A program made the position numbers and the translations under genes. 64,000 nucleotides of DNA from Octopus sinensis (Eukaryota), in assembly GCF_006345805.1 (NCBI RefSeq), contig NC_043002.1, positions 18,538,001 through 18,602,000 of the forward strand, read 5' to 3'. Shown piece by piece: positions 11,120 through 24,342 of this stretch. A model generated the notes under the pieces. It did no database searches, was not told where the DNA came from, and saw only the letters and a list, made by a program, of their open reading frames with translations. Numbering within the stretch: position 1 is the stretch's first letter; each line of letters begins with the position of its first letter.

Positions 11120-12221
11120 GCGAGTATGAAATTTGTGCTTGCGTGATCACTTGTTTACTGTAGTCTGCGATTTTGTCATGAACAAAGAGCCAACGAAAAA
11201 TTTTGCATTCAACGTGGGAAGTCTGTTACAGAGACATTGAGCATGCTGCGGCAAGCTTACGGCGACGAGGCATTGGATCGTAGGCAATGTTTCGAGAGGC
11301 ACAGCTGCTTCAAACGCAGAAGAACATCCCTGGAAAACGATGAGCAATCTGGAAGACCCACCACGAGCGGCAACCCCGGAAATGTGGGAAAAAATTCACC
11401 AACTTGTACATGGGTATCGGAGGAGGACAATCAACGACATTGCTGATGTTGTTAGTCTGTCGTACGGGTCCGTGCAGGAAATCCTAACGTCTGAATTGAA
11501 CATGCGGCGTGCCTGTGCCAAGTTTGTCCCCCGCCTGCTAAAGCACTGAGCAGAACGAACATCGCATCGAAATCTGTCAAGATCTCTGTCAGCGTGCCGC
11601 TGATGACCCATCCTTCATGTCGAGAATCGTTACTGGTGACGAGAGTTGGGTTTACGGGGACGATTCTGAGATGAAGCAGCAGTTGTCACAATGGAGGAGG
11701 CCATCATCTCCACAACCAAAGGGAGCATGACAGAGCCGCAGCTCAATCAGAAGCATGTTCATCCTTTTTTATTTTTTTTTTTTCGACATCATGGTATTGT
11801 GCGTCGGGAATTCACCCCCAGCCGAATCTCTGAAGCGTGAAGAATTAGATTCTTCACTCCGACAATGCACCCTGTCACCGGACTCTCTTCATTCGTGAGT
11901 TTCCCGCCCAAAACAACATAGTATCGCTTCGGTACCCACCCTGTTCGCCAGATTTGCACCTTCGAACTTAAATTGCTTCCCCAAGATGAAAGTGCAGCTC
12001 AAAGGTCGTCATTTCAGCACCGTTGTCGAGTTCCAGAGCGAGTCGCAGAAGATCCTCGACAAGCTTACGGAAAGCTGGATTCCAAAAGTGGTAGGAACTC
12101 TGGGACCGGTGCATTGCTGCGCAAGGTGACTATTTCGAAGGAGATGGATGTTAAAAATTTGGTTAAAAAGTTATTTTTCATTAGACATAACTAATCCGGG
12201 GATGTTTTGATATCACCTCGC
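11120..12221 (+). mobile_element. Decayed mariner transposase copy
   Basis: Fragments QRKILHSTWEV/ETLSMLRQAYGDEALD, SGRPTT, KFVPRLL, IVTGDESWVYG, HSDNAPCH, HPPCSPDLAP, with frameshifts. Confidence 0.85.
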
Positions 12222-12231
12222 ATGTCATTCA

Positions 12232-12271
<40 letters not shown>

Positions 12272-12279
<8 letters not shown>

Positions 12280-13470
12280 AAAGGGCTTAGTAAAATAAAT
12301 TACTTTGCCGCATACTGAACTCATTAGAAATAGCAGCTAAAAAAACTTTTTTAAAACTATTTCTAATACTTAAAGAAAACCTCTCTCATATAGTGTTTGC
12401 TCAACTCAACTCACGCAAATATGGGGGTAGAGACATTAAAAAATCAAGTGCAAAGGTTATTTGAGAACGTACGTTTCAAGATTAGTCAACACGACACTTC
12501 TATCATCAGCTCAGAACTCCCTGGTTTGGATTTGAAAACACTGAAAGTGGGAGCATACCCTCTCGGCTTCCTCTCGCTTCCGAAGATCTGCTCGTAACTA
12601 ACAGTGCCAACAAACTCAAAAATGCAAGCGAAGAATTTCTGCTCTCCCCTTTCCACCAGCGTGGGTTAAAATCAGTAAACACTATGCTTTTTTCGGTAAA
12701 ATCCGCGGCATTATATATAGAGAGAGATGAATTATAATTTCAACAATTGAGGGTAAAATTAATTAATTAATCAATTTCACCAAGTATTCAGTATGCAAAG
12801 GGACCATTTAAGGCGAATTCAAATTATTACATTATATAAAAGGGCTTAGTAAAATAAATTACTTTGCCGCATACTGAACTCATTAGAAATAGCAGCTAAA
12901 AAAACTTTTTTAAAACTATTTCTAATACTCTATATATAATGCCGCGGATTTTACCGAAAAAAGCATAGTGTTTACTGATTTTAACCCACGCTGGTGGAAA
13001 GGGGAGAGCAGAAATTCTTCGCTTGCATTTTTGAGTTTGTTGGCACTGTTAGTTACGAGCAGATCTTCGGAAGCGAGAGGAAGCCGAGAGGGTATGCTCC
13101 CACTTTCAGTGTTTTCAAATCCAAACCAGGGAGTTCTGAGCTGATGATAGAAGTGTCGTGTTGACTAATCTTGAAACGTACGTTCTCAAATAACCTTTGC
13201 ACTTGATTTTTTAATGTCTCTACCCCCATATTTGCGTGAGTTGAGTTGAGCAAACACTATATGAGAGAGGTTTTCTTTAAGTATTAGAAATAGTTTTTAA
13301 AAAGTTTTTTTAGCTGCTATTTCTAATGAGTTCAGTATGCGGCAAAGTAATTTATTTTACTAAGCCCTTTTATATAATGTAATAATTTGAATTCGCCTTA
13401 AATGGTCCCTTTGCATACTGAACACTTGGTGAAATGATTAATTAATTAATTTTACCCTCAATTGTTGAAA
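12272..13470. repeat. Large inverted repeat built from two circular permutations of a ~559-nt hammerhead-bearing monomer
   Basis: X(12272-12370)-Y(12371-12721)-Z(12739-12830)-X(12831-12929), then rcY-rcX-rcZ. Hammerhead TGAG-CTGATGA..GAAAC-GTAC-GTT-CTCA at 13137-13188 (+) and 12462-12513 (-). Confidence 0.85.
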
Positions 13471-13577
<107 letters not shown>

Positions 13578-13579
13578 AA

Positions 13580-14660
13580 TGCTTTGATACGCGCTGTTCT
13601 GCACATCTATGGTTATTTATATTTGAATAATTTCTCCATTTCTGTGAGCAAAATATATCTGCTGGATCTGTAACTTTGATTAGAAAGCATAGTTTTCATG
13701 GTGGACCTTGAGGAATATCAGGTAGTTTGATCTTGATTTTCTTCTTTTTGTATATGCGTATTGGCATATCCCAGAGTATAGTGGCATTCTCATTCTCCGA
13801 CTTTTTGCGATATCTGTTTATGCTACCTCTTTTCTACTGGTATCTATAATGCATAACTTCCAGAGTATTTAAGTCCTAGCTCTGTCATCTCTGTGAGTAT
13901 ATTCTTTCTTAGTTTACCCTGGGCAGCAAAAGACGATATGGTTGTTTCTTCCTCAACTGCACGGATTCTATAGTTATATTATTTTACTGCATTATGTTTT
14001 TTATGGTTTCTGGTTTGAGTTTTGCATTTAAGTTGTAATGAAGAACCTTTCAAGTTTCAGTTCTGAGTCCTGTGCCTCTCTATCGCTGTTGCAAATTGGC
14101 CTTATCTACTTCATCTATATTCATTTTTTGTTTATTTTTGTTTTTTGCCTTTTGTTATTTTGTTTATTTGTATTTTCAGGTTTTGACCGACTTCAGGCTC
14201 TTATTTTTTTTTTTTTTTTTTGTCATCGTTTTATCAAGGTATTTGTGGCCCAATTTTTAGCTTAGATTTTGACATTTTTGCGGTTATTGATTTTCTTTTC
14301 TCTCCACATCTATCGGCCATTGAAGCTTCTTGTGTGTGGGGGGGGGTGTATTTTGTAGCTTCCTTCACAGAAAAAAGGGAGATTTTTCTTTTGTTCTTGA
14401 TTTGTAGTAGTTCGTACAAATTTTCAATAATTTTTAAACAAGATACTTTTATAGTCCTACTGTAGATATTTTACAAAAGTTTTCTGTTTGCGTAAGATCT
14501 CTACCATTCAAGGTAAATATTTTCTTCTATGTCAGATTTTTAGGGTGTAGTCTAAATGCAATCATAATTTTTCTCGTTTTTCTGTCTAGTCTCGCATGTT
14601 CATTTAGCGTCCAATCAAAAATATCACAGCTTAAATTCATTAATAGAACAACTGGAGTAG
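13580..14660 (-). mobile_element. Decayed R4/Dong-type LINE 3' fragment
   Basis: Minus strand resembles 47.5-47.9 kb (..TRNHKKH.. and atactctgggatatgccaatac); heavily disrupted. Confidence 0.55.
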
Positions 14661-14674
14661 TGATATATATCTAT

Positions 14675-14908
14675 TTCTATTTCTTTACTACCCACAAGGG
14701 GCTAAACACAGAGGGGACAAACAAGGACATACACACGGATTAAGTCGATTATATCGGCCCCAGTGCGTAACTGGTACTTATTTAATCGACCCCGAAAGGA
14801 TGAAAGGTAAAGTCGACCTCGGCGGAATTTGAACTCAGAACGTAGCGGCAGACGAAATGCGGCTACGCATTTCGCCCGGCGTGCTAACGTTTCTGCCAGC
14901 TCGCCATC
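14675..14908 (-). mobile_element. SINE family B (head ggcgagctggcagaatcgttagc..gagttcaaattcc); further copies at ~14975-15160(+), 16110-16340(-), 17790-18000(-), 37460-37645(-), 45600-45805(-)
   Basis: Pol III A/B boxes and the conserved body gtcgactttgcctttcatcctttcggggtcgattaaataagtaccagtt are shared by about 10 copies in the window. Confidence 0.85.
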
Positions 14909-15382
14909 ACTTTAGCTCTGTTTTTCGCATTAATATAATGTCTTTATTACTCCTTCCTTATCTAAGGCGTTATCGTGCTGGGAAAATGCTTAGCAGCCTT
15001 TCGTCCGTCTTTACGTCCTGAGTTCAAATTCCTCTGAAGTCGACTTGCCTGTCATCCTTCCGGAGTCGATAAAATAAGTACCAGTTGAACATTGAGATCG
15101 ATGTAATCGATTTATCTCCTCCCACGAAATTGTTTCCCTTTTGCCAAAATTTGAAATCAATATTCCTTCCTCATCTTTACTTTCCTCTGTGTGCTGTACA
15201 TTGTTTCTTTGATTCATAAGTATTTCTATATCTTGTCTCTTATCTCGGTTTCGTTATCTACCACAATATCACTATCCTTAATGAGTTTTCCTCTTGAAAC
15301 ATTTCTCTCATCTAAATATCATATTAATTACTTTGGTACATCCAAGTACTGCTTGCTGTAACATTTCTAGTTGTTTGTCAGT

Positions 15383-15762
15383 GGAGGCGCAATGGCCCAG
15401 TAGTTAGGGCAGCGGACTCGCGGTCGTAGGATCGCGGTTTCGATTCCCAGACCGGGCGTTGTGAGTGTTTATTGAGCGAAAATACCTAAAGCTCCACGAG
15501 GCTCCGGCAGGGATGGTGGTGATCCCTGCTGTACTCTTTCACCACAACTTTCTCTCACTCTTACTTCCTGTTTCTGTTGTACCTGTATTTCAAAGGGTCA
15601 GCCTTGTCACTCTCTGTGTCACGCTGAATATCCCCGAGAACTACGTTAAGGGTACACGTGTCTGTGGAGTGCTCAGCCACTTACACGTCAATTTCACGAG
15701 CAGGCTGTTCCGTTGATCGGATCAACCGGAACCCTCGTCGTCGTAACCGACGGAGTGCTTCC
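15383..15762 (+). mobile_element. Young SINE family C with a 13-bp TSD
   Basis: tRNA-like head ggaggcgcaatggcccagtagttagggc..ggtttcgattccc; TSD tagttgtttgtca at 15368-15380 and 15764-15776. Confidence 0.9.
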
Positions 15763-16692
15763 ATAGTTGTTTGTCATTTGCAAAGTACAACTTGAGGTCA
15801 ACCATATATAAATGATGGTTGATTGTCTCTTACCTTAGCATACGTCTTTTGAATGTTCCTCTTATAGAGATAGAATTTCTTCATAAAATTCTCTTTTGTC
15901 AGTGTCTTGTCAATGTTCCTTTGTTTCATTTTCTTTTATTAGATAAGTTCATTAATAAAAAGTTGCGTAGTGTTTTTACTATTCACACAAAATAATAATT
16001 CAGCAATTTTTTTTTTAATGATGAGTGAGCATGATAAATCTGGCTGCATCATGATTGGCTGAAACTAAAAAGCGTATCGCAACTTATTTAATTTAATTTC
16101 TTATTTCTTATTTCTTTTTGCCCACAAGGAGCTACACACAGAGGGAAAAATCAAAGACAGACGAACAGATAAGTCGATTACATTGACCCCAGTGCGTAAC
16201 TAGTGCTTAATTTATCGACCCCGAAAGGATGAAAGGCAAAGTCGACCACGGCGGAATTGGAACTCAGAACATAAAGACAGACGAAATACTGCTAAGCATT
16301 TCGCCCGGCGTGCTAACGATTCTGCCAGCTCGCCACCTTATTATTTAATTTAATTTCTTCAAAAGCAAAATTATGTTTGTGTGTGCAGGTAGGTGTGTGT
16401 ATGTGTGTACATGTCTGTGTGTGTGTGCGTGCGTGTGCGTACACATGACTAGCACAGAGACATGTGTACACGCACACACGCATAATGTACCGATACACAT
16501 ACAAATACAGACGCAAACGCATGCGCATAGAAGGACAAAACTATTTCCCTAATTAGCATGAAAACAACATATGTGCAGAAATATTTTTAAAAATTGGATT
16601 TGGTTTTATTAAACCGAAAAGATCCTCTCTCTCCTCCTCCTCCTCTCTTTCTCCTTCTCTCTCTGTTTCTTCCTTTCCTTCTCCTCTTTCTT

Positions 16693-16744
<52 letters not shown>

Positions 16745-16856
16745 TATTTCATCTCTCAAAATTAATAAAACAAAACAGATTTATACGCATTCGAAAAACC
16801 CTAAATACCTGTTCAGTATCTCCCTTACTTGTCCTCTTACTCCCTCGCAGTAAAAG

Positions 16857-17445
16857 ACACTATTTTCCGGCGGATACGTTTTGCTTATTCGAAAACTTGG
16901 ATCTTTTCGGTTTGAACGGCAGTTTTTAACATAATTTCCAGGTAACTAAAAAATTTTAAACTTCGTATACTGGTAGAATGTGTTTATAAAACATCTTTTT
17001 CTCTTGGCTTTATTGAGAAAATTCTATAGTTTGTAAGATATTTGTTGTTGTTTTTTTTCTTCAATTTCTGCAATTTCAACCAATCACTGACGTCTATTGA
17101 GGTAAAAAAAACATTCTGTGCCGTATGAATATGTCCCTCGTTTAAGAAACAGATTGGGTTTATTTACATTTGTGAAGAAATAAAGATACCCTTCTCCCAC
17201 CCCTAACCCTAAAACAGATTGAAATGCAATAGATCGATACTAGGGTCATAATTATAGGTGACAATTTCATATGACACCGCTAGAAAAAAACTGCCCTTCA
17301 AACCGAAAAGATCCGAAAACTTTACTGTTATTTTGTGTTTTTTTTTTTTTTTTCGCATAGTTCCTAAATTCTCGTACTTTCCTTTCCTTCTTCTCACGCA
17401 TGCATCCCATATATTTTTTCGGTATGTTTTCGGAAAATAGACGTC
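16857..17445. mobile_element. MITE-like element with long imperfect terminal inverted repeats
   Basis: gacactattttccg / cggaaaatagacgtc ends, and the nested pair ggatcttttcggtttgaacggcagttttt / aaaaactgcccttcaaaccgaaaagatcc. Confidence 0.5.
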
Positions 17446-18070
17446 GGCAAACGAAAAACATCTATTTTCAAATTTAACGACAGTTTTATAACTTGGTGAT
17501 CATTATCATCAATCCCTGAACATTACTACCTCAAGTCCTCGGTCTAACAGGGTCACTTACCCGGTTTTCTTGCAAGTAAGTGTTCGAGATCATAAAACTG
17601 TCCGTGAATGGGACGGTTGTTTGTCACGCAGTTATTCGTTTACAGTTAACTAGACTGGAACATCGTGAAATTAAATGCTTTGCTTAAAAACACAATACAC
17701 CACACGATCCGGGAATCGAAACCACGCTCTTACGATTGCAACATCCTAACAACTAAATCATGACCCTTCTTGGTAATCTGTTAGAATCTTTTCTACTCTA
17801 GGCACAAGGTCCGAAATTTTTGGGAAGGGAGCCAGTCGATTAGATCGACCCAGTACGAAACTGGTACTTAATTCATCGACTCCGAAAGGATGAAAGGCAA
17901 AGTCGACCTCGGCGGAATTTGAACTCAGAACGTAACGGCAGACGAAATACGCCACGCATTTCGACCGGCGTGCTAACGTTTCTACCAGCTCGCCGCCTTC
18001 TTGGTAAACTGCTAGAATAATAAATTCAAACCCATTCACGTTAAGTATTGCCAAAACACACATACACACA

Positions 18071-18112
<42 letters not shown>

Positions 18113-18976
18113 ACACACTCACACACACACACACACACTCACACACACACACACACAAATTCTTCATGATATTTTTTACTTTGAAGATTGTATTCCGTGG
18201 CAATGTATCACAAGACCAGTTGATATTTGTTGATTGGTCGGCAACATTTTATACATGATACTTCTATCTGCGAAATCGAAGAAGACGTTGACCTTGTTTT
18301 TGCCGCAGTGGGTGCAGTTGTATTGTTTTGACGAGAGAGATATGAGGTCGACGGAATGAGGGAGGAAGAGAGCGGGAATGTGGTTACCACGTGTTGTTGA
18401 AGCTGTTGCAGGCCATTTCTTCGACTGTTATAATTGTTCTCTTTCATACACAGACCCAGTAATCGATTCTAATAGTGCCACGTTTTCATAAACGTCCGGT
18501 TAGATTTTAAAGTGTTATTACTGCATTCTTTTTATTATGTCAAGATCCATAGGTCGAACAGGAGTTCCTGCATGGATCATATATGAAACCAAGGAACGAA
18601 CTTCCAGAGCTGCAATCAGAGATGTCACGATGTAATATATGCTTTCAAAAGGTCACATTCATAGGCACCGCTTGTCATTGTTGCAATCGGAAATACAATG
18701 AACTATTAATTGGCCTGTAGGAATGTAATTCGAGCTCACATATTCAACAACGCTATTTTTCACAAGTTCGTGAAACATATAGATATGTGTGTGTGTGCTT
18801 ACATGTGTGTGTATGCGCGCGTGCGTGCATGTGTGAGTCTTCATGTGTATGTATGTGTGTGTGTGAGTGTGCGTGTGTGTATGTGACGAACAGCTTGCAC
18901 TTTTCTAAGCTAGGATTCGAAACCTAATCCACATTTTTTCACCACAAGTTATCGGCCTATTGTTTTCTAAGAGATT

Positions 18977-19410
18977 AATAGGCGTAGGAGTGGAGTGGCT
19001 GTGTGGTAAGTAGCTTGCTTACGCACCACATGGTACCGGGTTCAGTCCCACTGCGTGGCACCTTGAGCAAGTGTCTTCTACTATAGCCTCGGGCCGACCA
19101 AAGCCTTGTGAGTGGATTTGGTAGACGGAAACTAAAAGAAGCCCGTCGTATATATATGTATATATATATATATGTGTGTGTGTGTGTCTGTGTGCGTGTG
19201 TCTGTGTGTGTGTCTATATGTTTGCGTGTCTGTGTTTGTCCCCCCAACATCGCTTGACAACTGATGCTGATGTGTTTACGTCCCCGTAACTTAGCGGCTC
19301 GGCAAAAGAGACCGATAGAATAAGTACTAGGCTTACAAAGAATAAGTCCTGGGGTCGATTTGCTCGACTAAAGGCGGTGCTCCAGCATGGCTGCAGTCAA
19401 TTGTAAAAGA
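18977..19410 (+). mobile_element. SINE family A
   Basis: Near full-length copy from ataggcgtaggagtgg to ggcggtgctccagcatggctgcagtcaa. Confidence 0.85.
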
Positions 19411-19582
19411 GTAAATCCTTTGTTTCTAGCTTGACCTAGTTTAGTTAGTCTATAAAAATGCAACAGCAAATTAACTCCTCTTTGGTAACTCGGCGTTTAT
19501 CAAGAGCACACATCTACCCTTCTCACTTCAAGCATGGCCTGTCACGCGAGACTCAGAAAGTCCTACCATTTTTATCTACCTG

Positions 19583-19621
<39 letters not shown>

Positions 19622-19879
19622 CTCTCTCTCTCTCTCTCCGTAGTGGTCACACTGATGAAGCTGACATACACAATGAACTATAGAACTGGAGACAATTTCT
19701 TTACTGTAGGAACACACAAGTTGTGTACACAATCTATTAGGTTAGCAACCATGTTCCTGCTGTTTTGTGTTTTTTTTTAATTTTGGAATTTATTGCGTTT
19801 TTAAATTTTGGGATCTATGTGTTTTCGAGAATTCTATTTTTGAATCATTCTGGAATATATTTTGGGTTTTTTTTTTTTA

Positions 19880-20310
19880 GTTAATTTTAGTTATTCTTTG
19901 TTTATTTTCAGATCATTAAAATAAAATGTCTAGTTAAGAAAACGAGCATTTTCGACACCTTCTTTTTGCTTTTAATCAATGTTCTAAAGCCGAAAAAGCT
20001 GCTCACGACATTTGTACTGTGTATGGAGAAAGAACCGCTCGTGATTGGTATGCCAAGTTTAAAAATGGAAATTTTTGCCTCAAAGACGCACCTCGTTCTT
20101 GCCGTCCAGTTGAGCTCGATGAAGAGCGATTAAACCAACTTTTGCACGAAAATTCTCGTCAGGCGACAAGGGAACTGGCAGAGAAAATGGAATGTTCCCA
20201 CACTGCTATAGAGAAGCATCTTCACTCGATGGAAAAGGTTCAGAAGTATGGAGCATGGGTTCCGCATGCTTGAAGTGACAATAACAAAAATCAACGAGCC
20301 ACAATCTCGA
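19880..20310 (+). mobile_element. Mariner transposase N-terminal (HTH) fragment
   Basis: YGERTARDWYAKFKNGNFCLKDAPRSCRPVELDEERLNQLLHENSRQATRELAEKM..YGAWVPHA* (WVPH motif). Confidence 0.85.
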
Positions 20311-20319
20311 TTGGATTGT

Positions 20320-22010
20320 CAAGGCACTGCAATGAGCCAAAGTACAACCGCCACAAAAAGCTGTCATCGACCACCTAACCAACAACTGGTACGATTTACT
20401 TCTTACAGGTTACATTGAAGACATGGAGGCGCAATGGCCCAGTGGTTAGGGCAGCGGACTCGCGGTCATAGGATCGCGGTTTCGATTCCCAGACCGGGCC
20501 TTGTGAGTGTTTATTGAGCGAAAACACCTAAAAGCTCCACGAGGCTCCGGCAGGGGATGGTGGTGATCCCTGCTGTACTCTTTCACCACAACTTTCTCTC
20601 ACTCTTACTTCCTGTTTCTGTTGTACCTGTATTTCAAAGGGCCGGCCTTGTCACTCTCTGTGTCACGCTGAATATCCCCGAGAACTACGTTAAGGATACA
20701 CGTGTCTGTGGAGTGCTCAGCCACTTACACGTTAATTTCACGAGCAGGCTGTTCTGTTGATTCGGATCAACCGGAACCCTCATCGTCGTAACCGACGGAG
20801 TGCTTCCCCACATTGAAGACATCAAATCTTACATCATACACTACCAAAAAGCATCAGTTCGCTATATTGTCAGTACTACTCATTGTATTCTTAATGAATC
20901 TCCTCGTATAACTAGTCACAAAACGCAGCAACTATAGGAGTGGCTCCGATAACATCTTCCGCCTTGTCTTTGTTGTTGACTTAAAGCTGGATAGGCCAAA
21001 TATTGATTAATGAAAAAAAAACACTGGATCTCATAAATCAATTCTCCAGAGACATCGAAATGAAATTTGCTGAGTCCAAAAGTGCATGTTTTGTGCTAAA
21101 ACGTGGCCAACTTGTGCCCTCATCCAAACACTAAACGTACACAACCTAGAAATACAGCCAGCCTCTGCTCTCTGGGGAAAATTACAAGTATCTTGGGCAG
21201 GATGAGAATGTCATCATCTATGACGAACCCATCAATGAAGGAAAGAGGTATGAGTACCTCAAGAGGGTAAAAAAATATGATCATTTGAAATCTCAGCTTA
21301 AAACAAGCATATTGCCCGCAACACCTTAGCAATTGAATGTTCGAACTCACAAACTGTTCGGTGTTACAGGAAATTTGATGTAGACAGGTTATGCTTCATA
21401 TGCAAGGATGGTAGATATTGTCTAAATCTGTATTTATGTCATACGAATATTTGCCAATATTTCCCAAGTTTGCAACCATGAAATCATCTACATTACTAGG
21501 ATTGCTAATGAACTTGAGGAGACGCGTGAAATAAGAGCTGATACAGATCAGCTCCCCAAGGAACATTGATAAAAATTTATTATCAGGTAAGCAAAATTTA
21601 TGAATATGGACCAGTTCACTGAGAAGATAGTGCATGAGTACTTGGCACGAAAGATACAAACCACAGAAGAAATCGATTATATCAAAACCTTGGCATGGAG
21701 AATGACAAGTTTATAACATTCCACTTCCAAGGTTTACCGTTATGCAAGTCAAGAATTAGAGATCCTCACTATATACATGCAACGTAATTGGCAGAAAACA
21801 TTGACAGACAACAAATGGCAGCTGTGCAAAACAAAGATTGAAAGTATAAGCCACCTTATTGTCATCTGTAAGAGAATGTCTTCCAGATATTATCTTCCCT
21901 TGAGGCACGATGCGGTGGCCAGAACAATCTGGAACAGGATAAGAAAAAAGAAAACGCTAACTGATGATGTTGACTGTATTGAGGCCGATACGTCAAAAGA
22001 ATATTGGTGG
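20320..22010 (+). mobile_element. Highly decayed R4/Dong-type LINE interrupted by a SINE C copy
   Basis: Fragments NQFSRDIEMKFAESK, YKYLGQDE and CKTKIESISHLIVIC..RHDAVARTIW (CCHC knuckle region). Confidence 0.6.
20425..20809 (+). mobile_element. Young SINE family C with a 13-bp TSD
   Basis: TSD acattgaagacat at 20412-20424 and 20810-20822; only a few differences from the other three copies. Confidence 0.9.
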
Positions 22011-22433
22011 AGCATTTTTAAGCTTCGGGGTCTCGACGGATAGAATTGGGGGTGTGCTCTTGGTGATGATTGCGGGTGATAATATTCTACATATTGGTGC
22101 AGTAGCTGTATTATATTTTCACTGAGCGTCTATTAAGAATGTTGCTGTATTTATTAGTTTGCTACGGAAAATGCTTATCCAAAAGGAGCAAGAAGGCCTT
22201 GCCTACGTAAGTTTTAACATTTACGGGACAAGGTTGCGGGTTGGGGTGAGATGGAGGGTGAGAAGCAGCCTCCAAACCGAAAGATCTTAACTGCAGTTAC
22301 CATTTGAGGGTCTCTGTTTAGAAGTTCTGAAAAATGCCCTTTCCGTCGACTGGTGGTTTTGTAACTCTAGCTTTATTTGAATTTTGTTTTAAAATTTTTG
22401 ATTCCCTACGCCTATAATATATGTACATATACT

Positions 22434-23483
22434 ATAGGCGTAGGAGTGGCTGTGTGGTAAGTAGCTTGCTTACCTACCACATGGTTCCGGATTCATTCTC
22501 ACTGCGTGGCACCTTGGGCAAGTATCTTCTACTATAGCCTCGGGCTGACCAAAGCCTTCTGAATGGATTTGGTAGATGGAAACTGAAAGAAGCCCGTCGT
22601 ATATATGTATGTATATTTATATATATATATATGTATGTGTGTATATGTTTGTGTGTCTGTGTTTGTCCCCACAACATCGCTCGACAACCATCGGTGGTGT
22701 GTTTATAGCCCCGTAACTTAGCCGTTCGGCAAAAGAGACCGATAGAATAAGTACTAGACTTACAAAGAATAAGTCCTGGGTTCGATTTGCTCGATTAAAG
22801 GCGGCGGTGCTCCAGCATGGCCACAGTGAAATGACTGAAACGAGTAAAAGAGTAAAAGAGTGTATATCTTTCATGTATCTACCTTTTACATGTTTCAGTC
22901 ATTGGACTACGGCCATGCTGGGGCAACGCCTTGAAGGGTTTGGTCGAACAACTCGACCCCAGTACATCCATGTTTTAAGCCTGGTACTTATTCTATCGGT
23001 GTCTTTTCCGAATCTCTAAGTATAGAGGAAGTAAACAGACCAACAGGTTGTCAAGTGGTGGGTGGGGGACAAACGCATATAGAAAGACAAACATACATAG
23101 ATATATCCATATATACGACGGGCTTCTTTCAGTTTCCATCTACCAAACCCACTCACAAGATTTTGGTTACCCCGGGGCTATAGCAGAAGACACTTATCCA
23201 AGCTGCCTCACAAACTTCTTACCACTCATACGCATAACTGTTTACATGTGTGCATACATACATGACAAATATAAACATCTTTTACTCTTTTCTTGTTTCA
23301 GTCATTTGACTACGGCCATACTGGAGCACCGCATTTAGTCGAGCAAATCTACCCCGGGACTTATTCTTTGTAAGCCCAGTACTTATTCTATCGGTCTCTT
23401 TTGCCGAACCGCTAAGTGATGGGGGCGTAACACACCAGCATCGGTTGTCAAGCAATGCTAGGGGGACAAACACAGACACACAA

Positions 23484-23568
<85 letters not shown>

Positions 23569-23750
23569 TATATATACATATACACGGCAGGCTTCTTTCA
23601 GTTTCCGTCTACCAAATCCACTCACAAGGCATTGGTCGGCCCGGGGCTATAGCAGAAGACACTTGCCCAAGATTGCCACGCAGTGGGACTGAACCCGGAA
23701 CCATGTGGTTGGTAAGCAAGCTACTTACCACACAGCCACTCCTGCGCCTA
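22434..23750. mobile_element. Cluster of three SINE A copies (+ 22434-22860, - 22885-23210, - 23280-23750)
   Basis: Family A head, CORE-like box and tail are recognisable in each copy. Confidence 0.85.
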
Positions 23751-24342
23751 TGAATTTGTATCTGATGAATTTATAAATGTATCCGAAAGCGTATGAATGT
23801 GAGTGAGAGATATGATGGAGATATCTGCCAACAAGGATCTCTTATTATAAAAGGCAGATTTTATCTCCCTCCCTTTGTCTCTTATAGAAATCTACAATAT
23901 AGGATTTCTTCAATTACAATTTACCTAGCATTTTTAAGAGTAGAATGCATCGGTCGTGCCAGATCCGGTTTTTAAAAATTCAACCCCAATTAAGCAAAAT
24001 TTAGAGAAAACTCACATTGTGGTGTGTAAGTGAAGTGCTTTTCTTAGTGTGGGCTACAGCACACGCACACACACACACACAAAAACGGAGCGATCTGATT
24101 CACTCACGCTATCACCCTAATTTCTCCTCCTTTCTCTTTGCAAGTGTGCAACGATTAAAGTGAAAGCTCTTTCACTCTGCATTCCCACTTCCTCTTTACA
24201 CACATAGACACGCAAATATATAAATAAAATTGTAAGCTAACGTGTGTGTGTGTGTGCGTGTGTGTGAGTATGTGTGTGTGTGTGAGTGTGTGTGTGTGAG
24301 GGTGCGTGTGTGTGTGTGCGTGTGTGTGAGTGTGTGACAGGA

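Noticed and set aside
12397-13253. Identical 66-aa ORFs on opposite strands (MLNSTHANMGVETLK..)
   Set aside because: A consequence of the palindrome; the start is non-ATG and there is no recognisable motif.
17198-17212. ccctaaccctaa telomere-like motif
   Set aside because: Only two units, inside a MITE-like repeat; not an interstitial telomere array.
18480-18790. Cys-spaced minus-strand fragment HCISDCNNDKRCL, reminiscent of a PAN/apple domain
   Set aside because: Stops follow immediately, no convincing splice sites were found, and the similarity is too weak to support.
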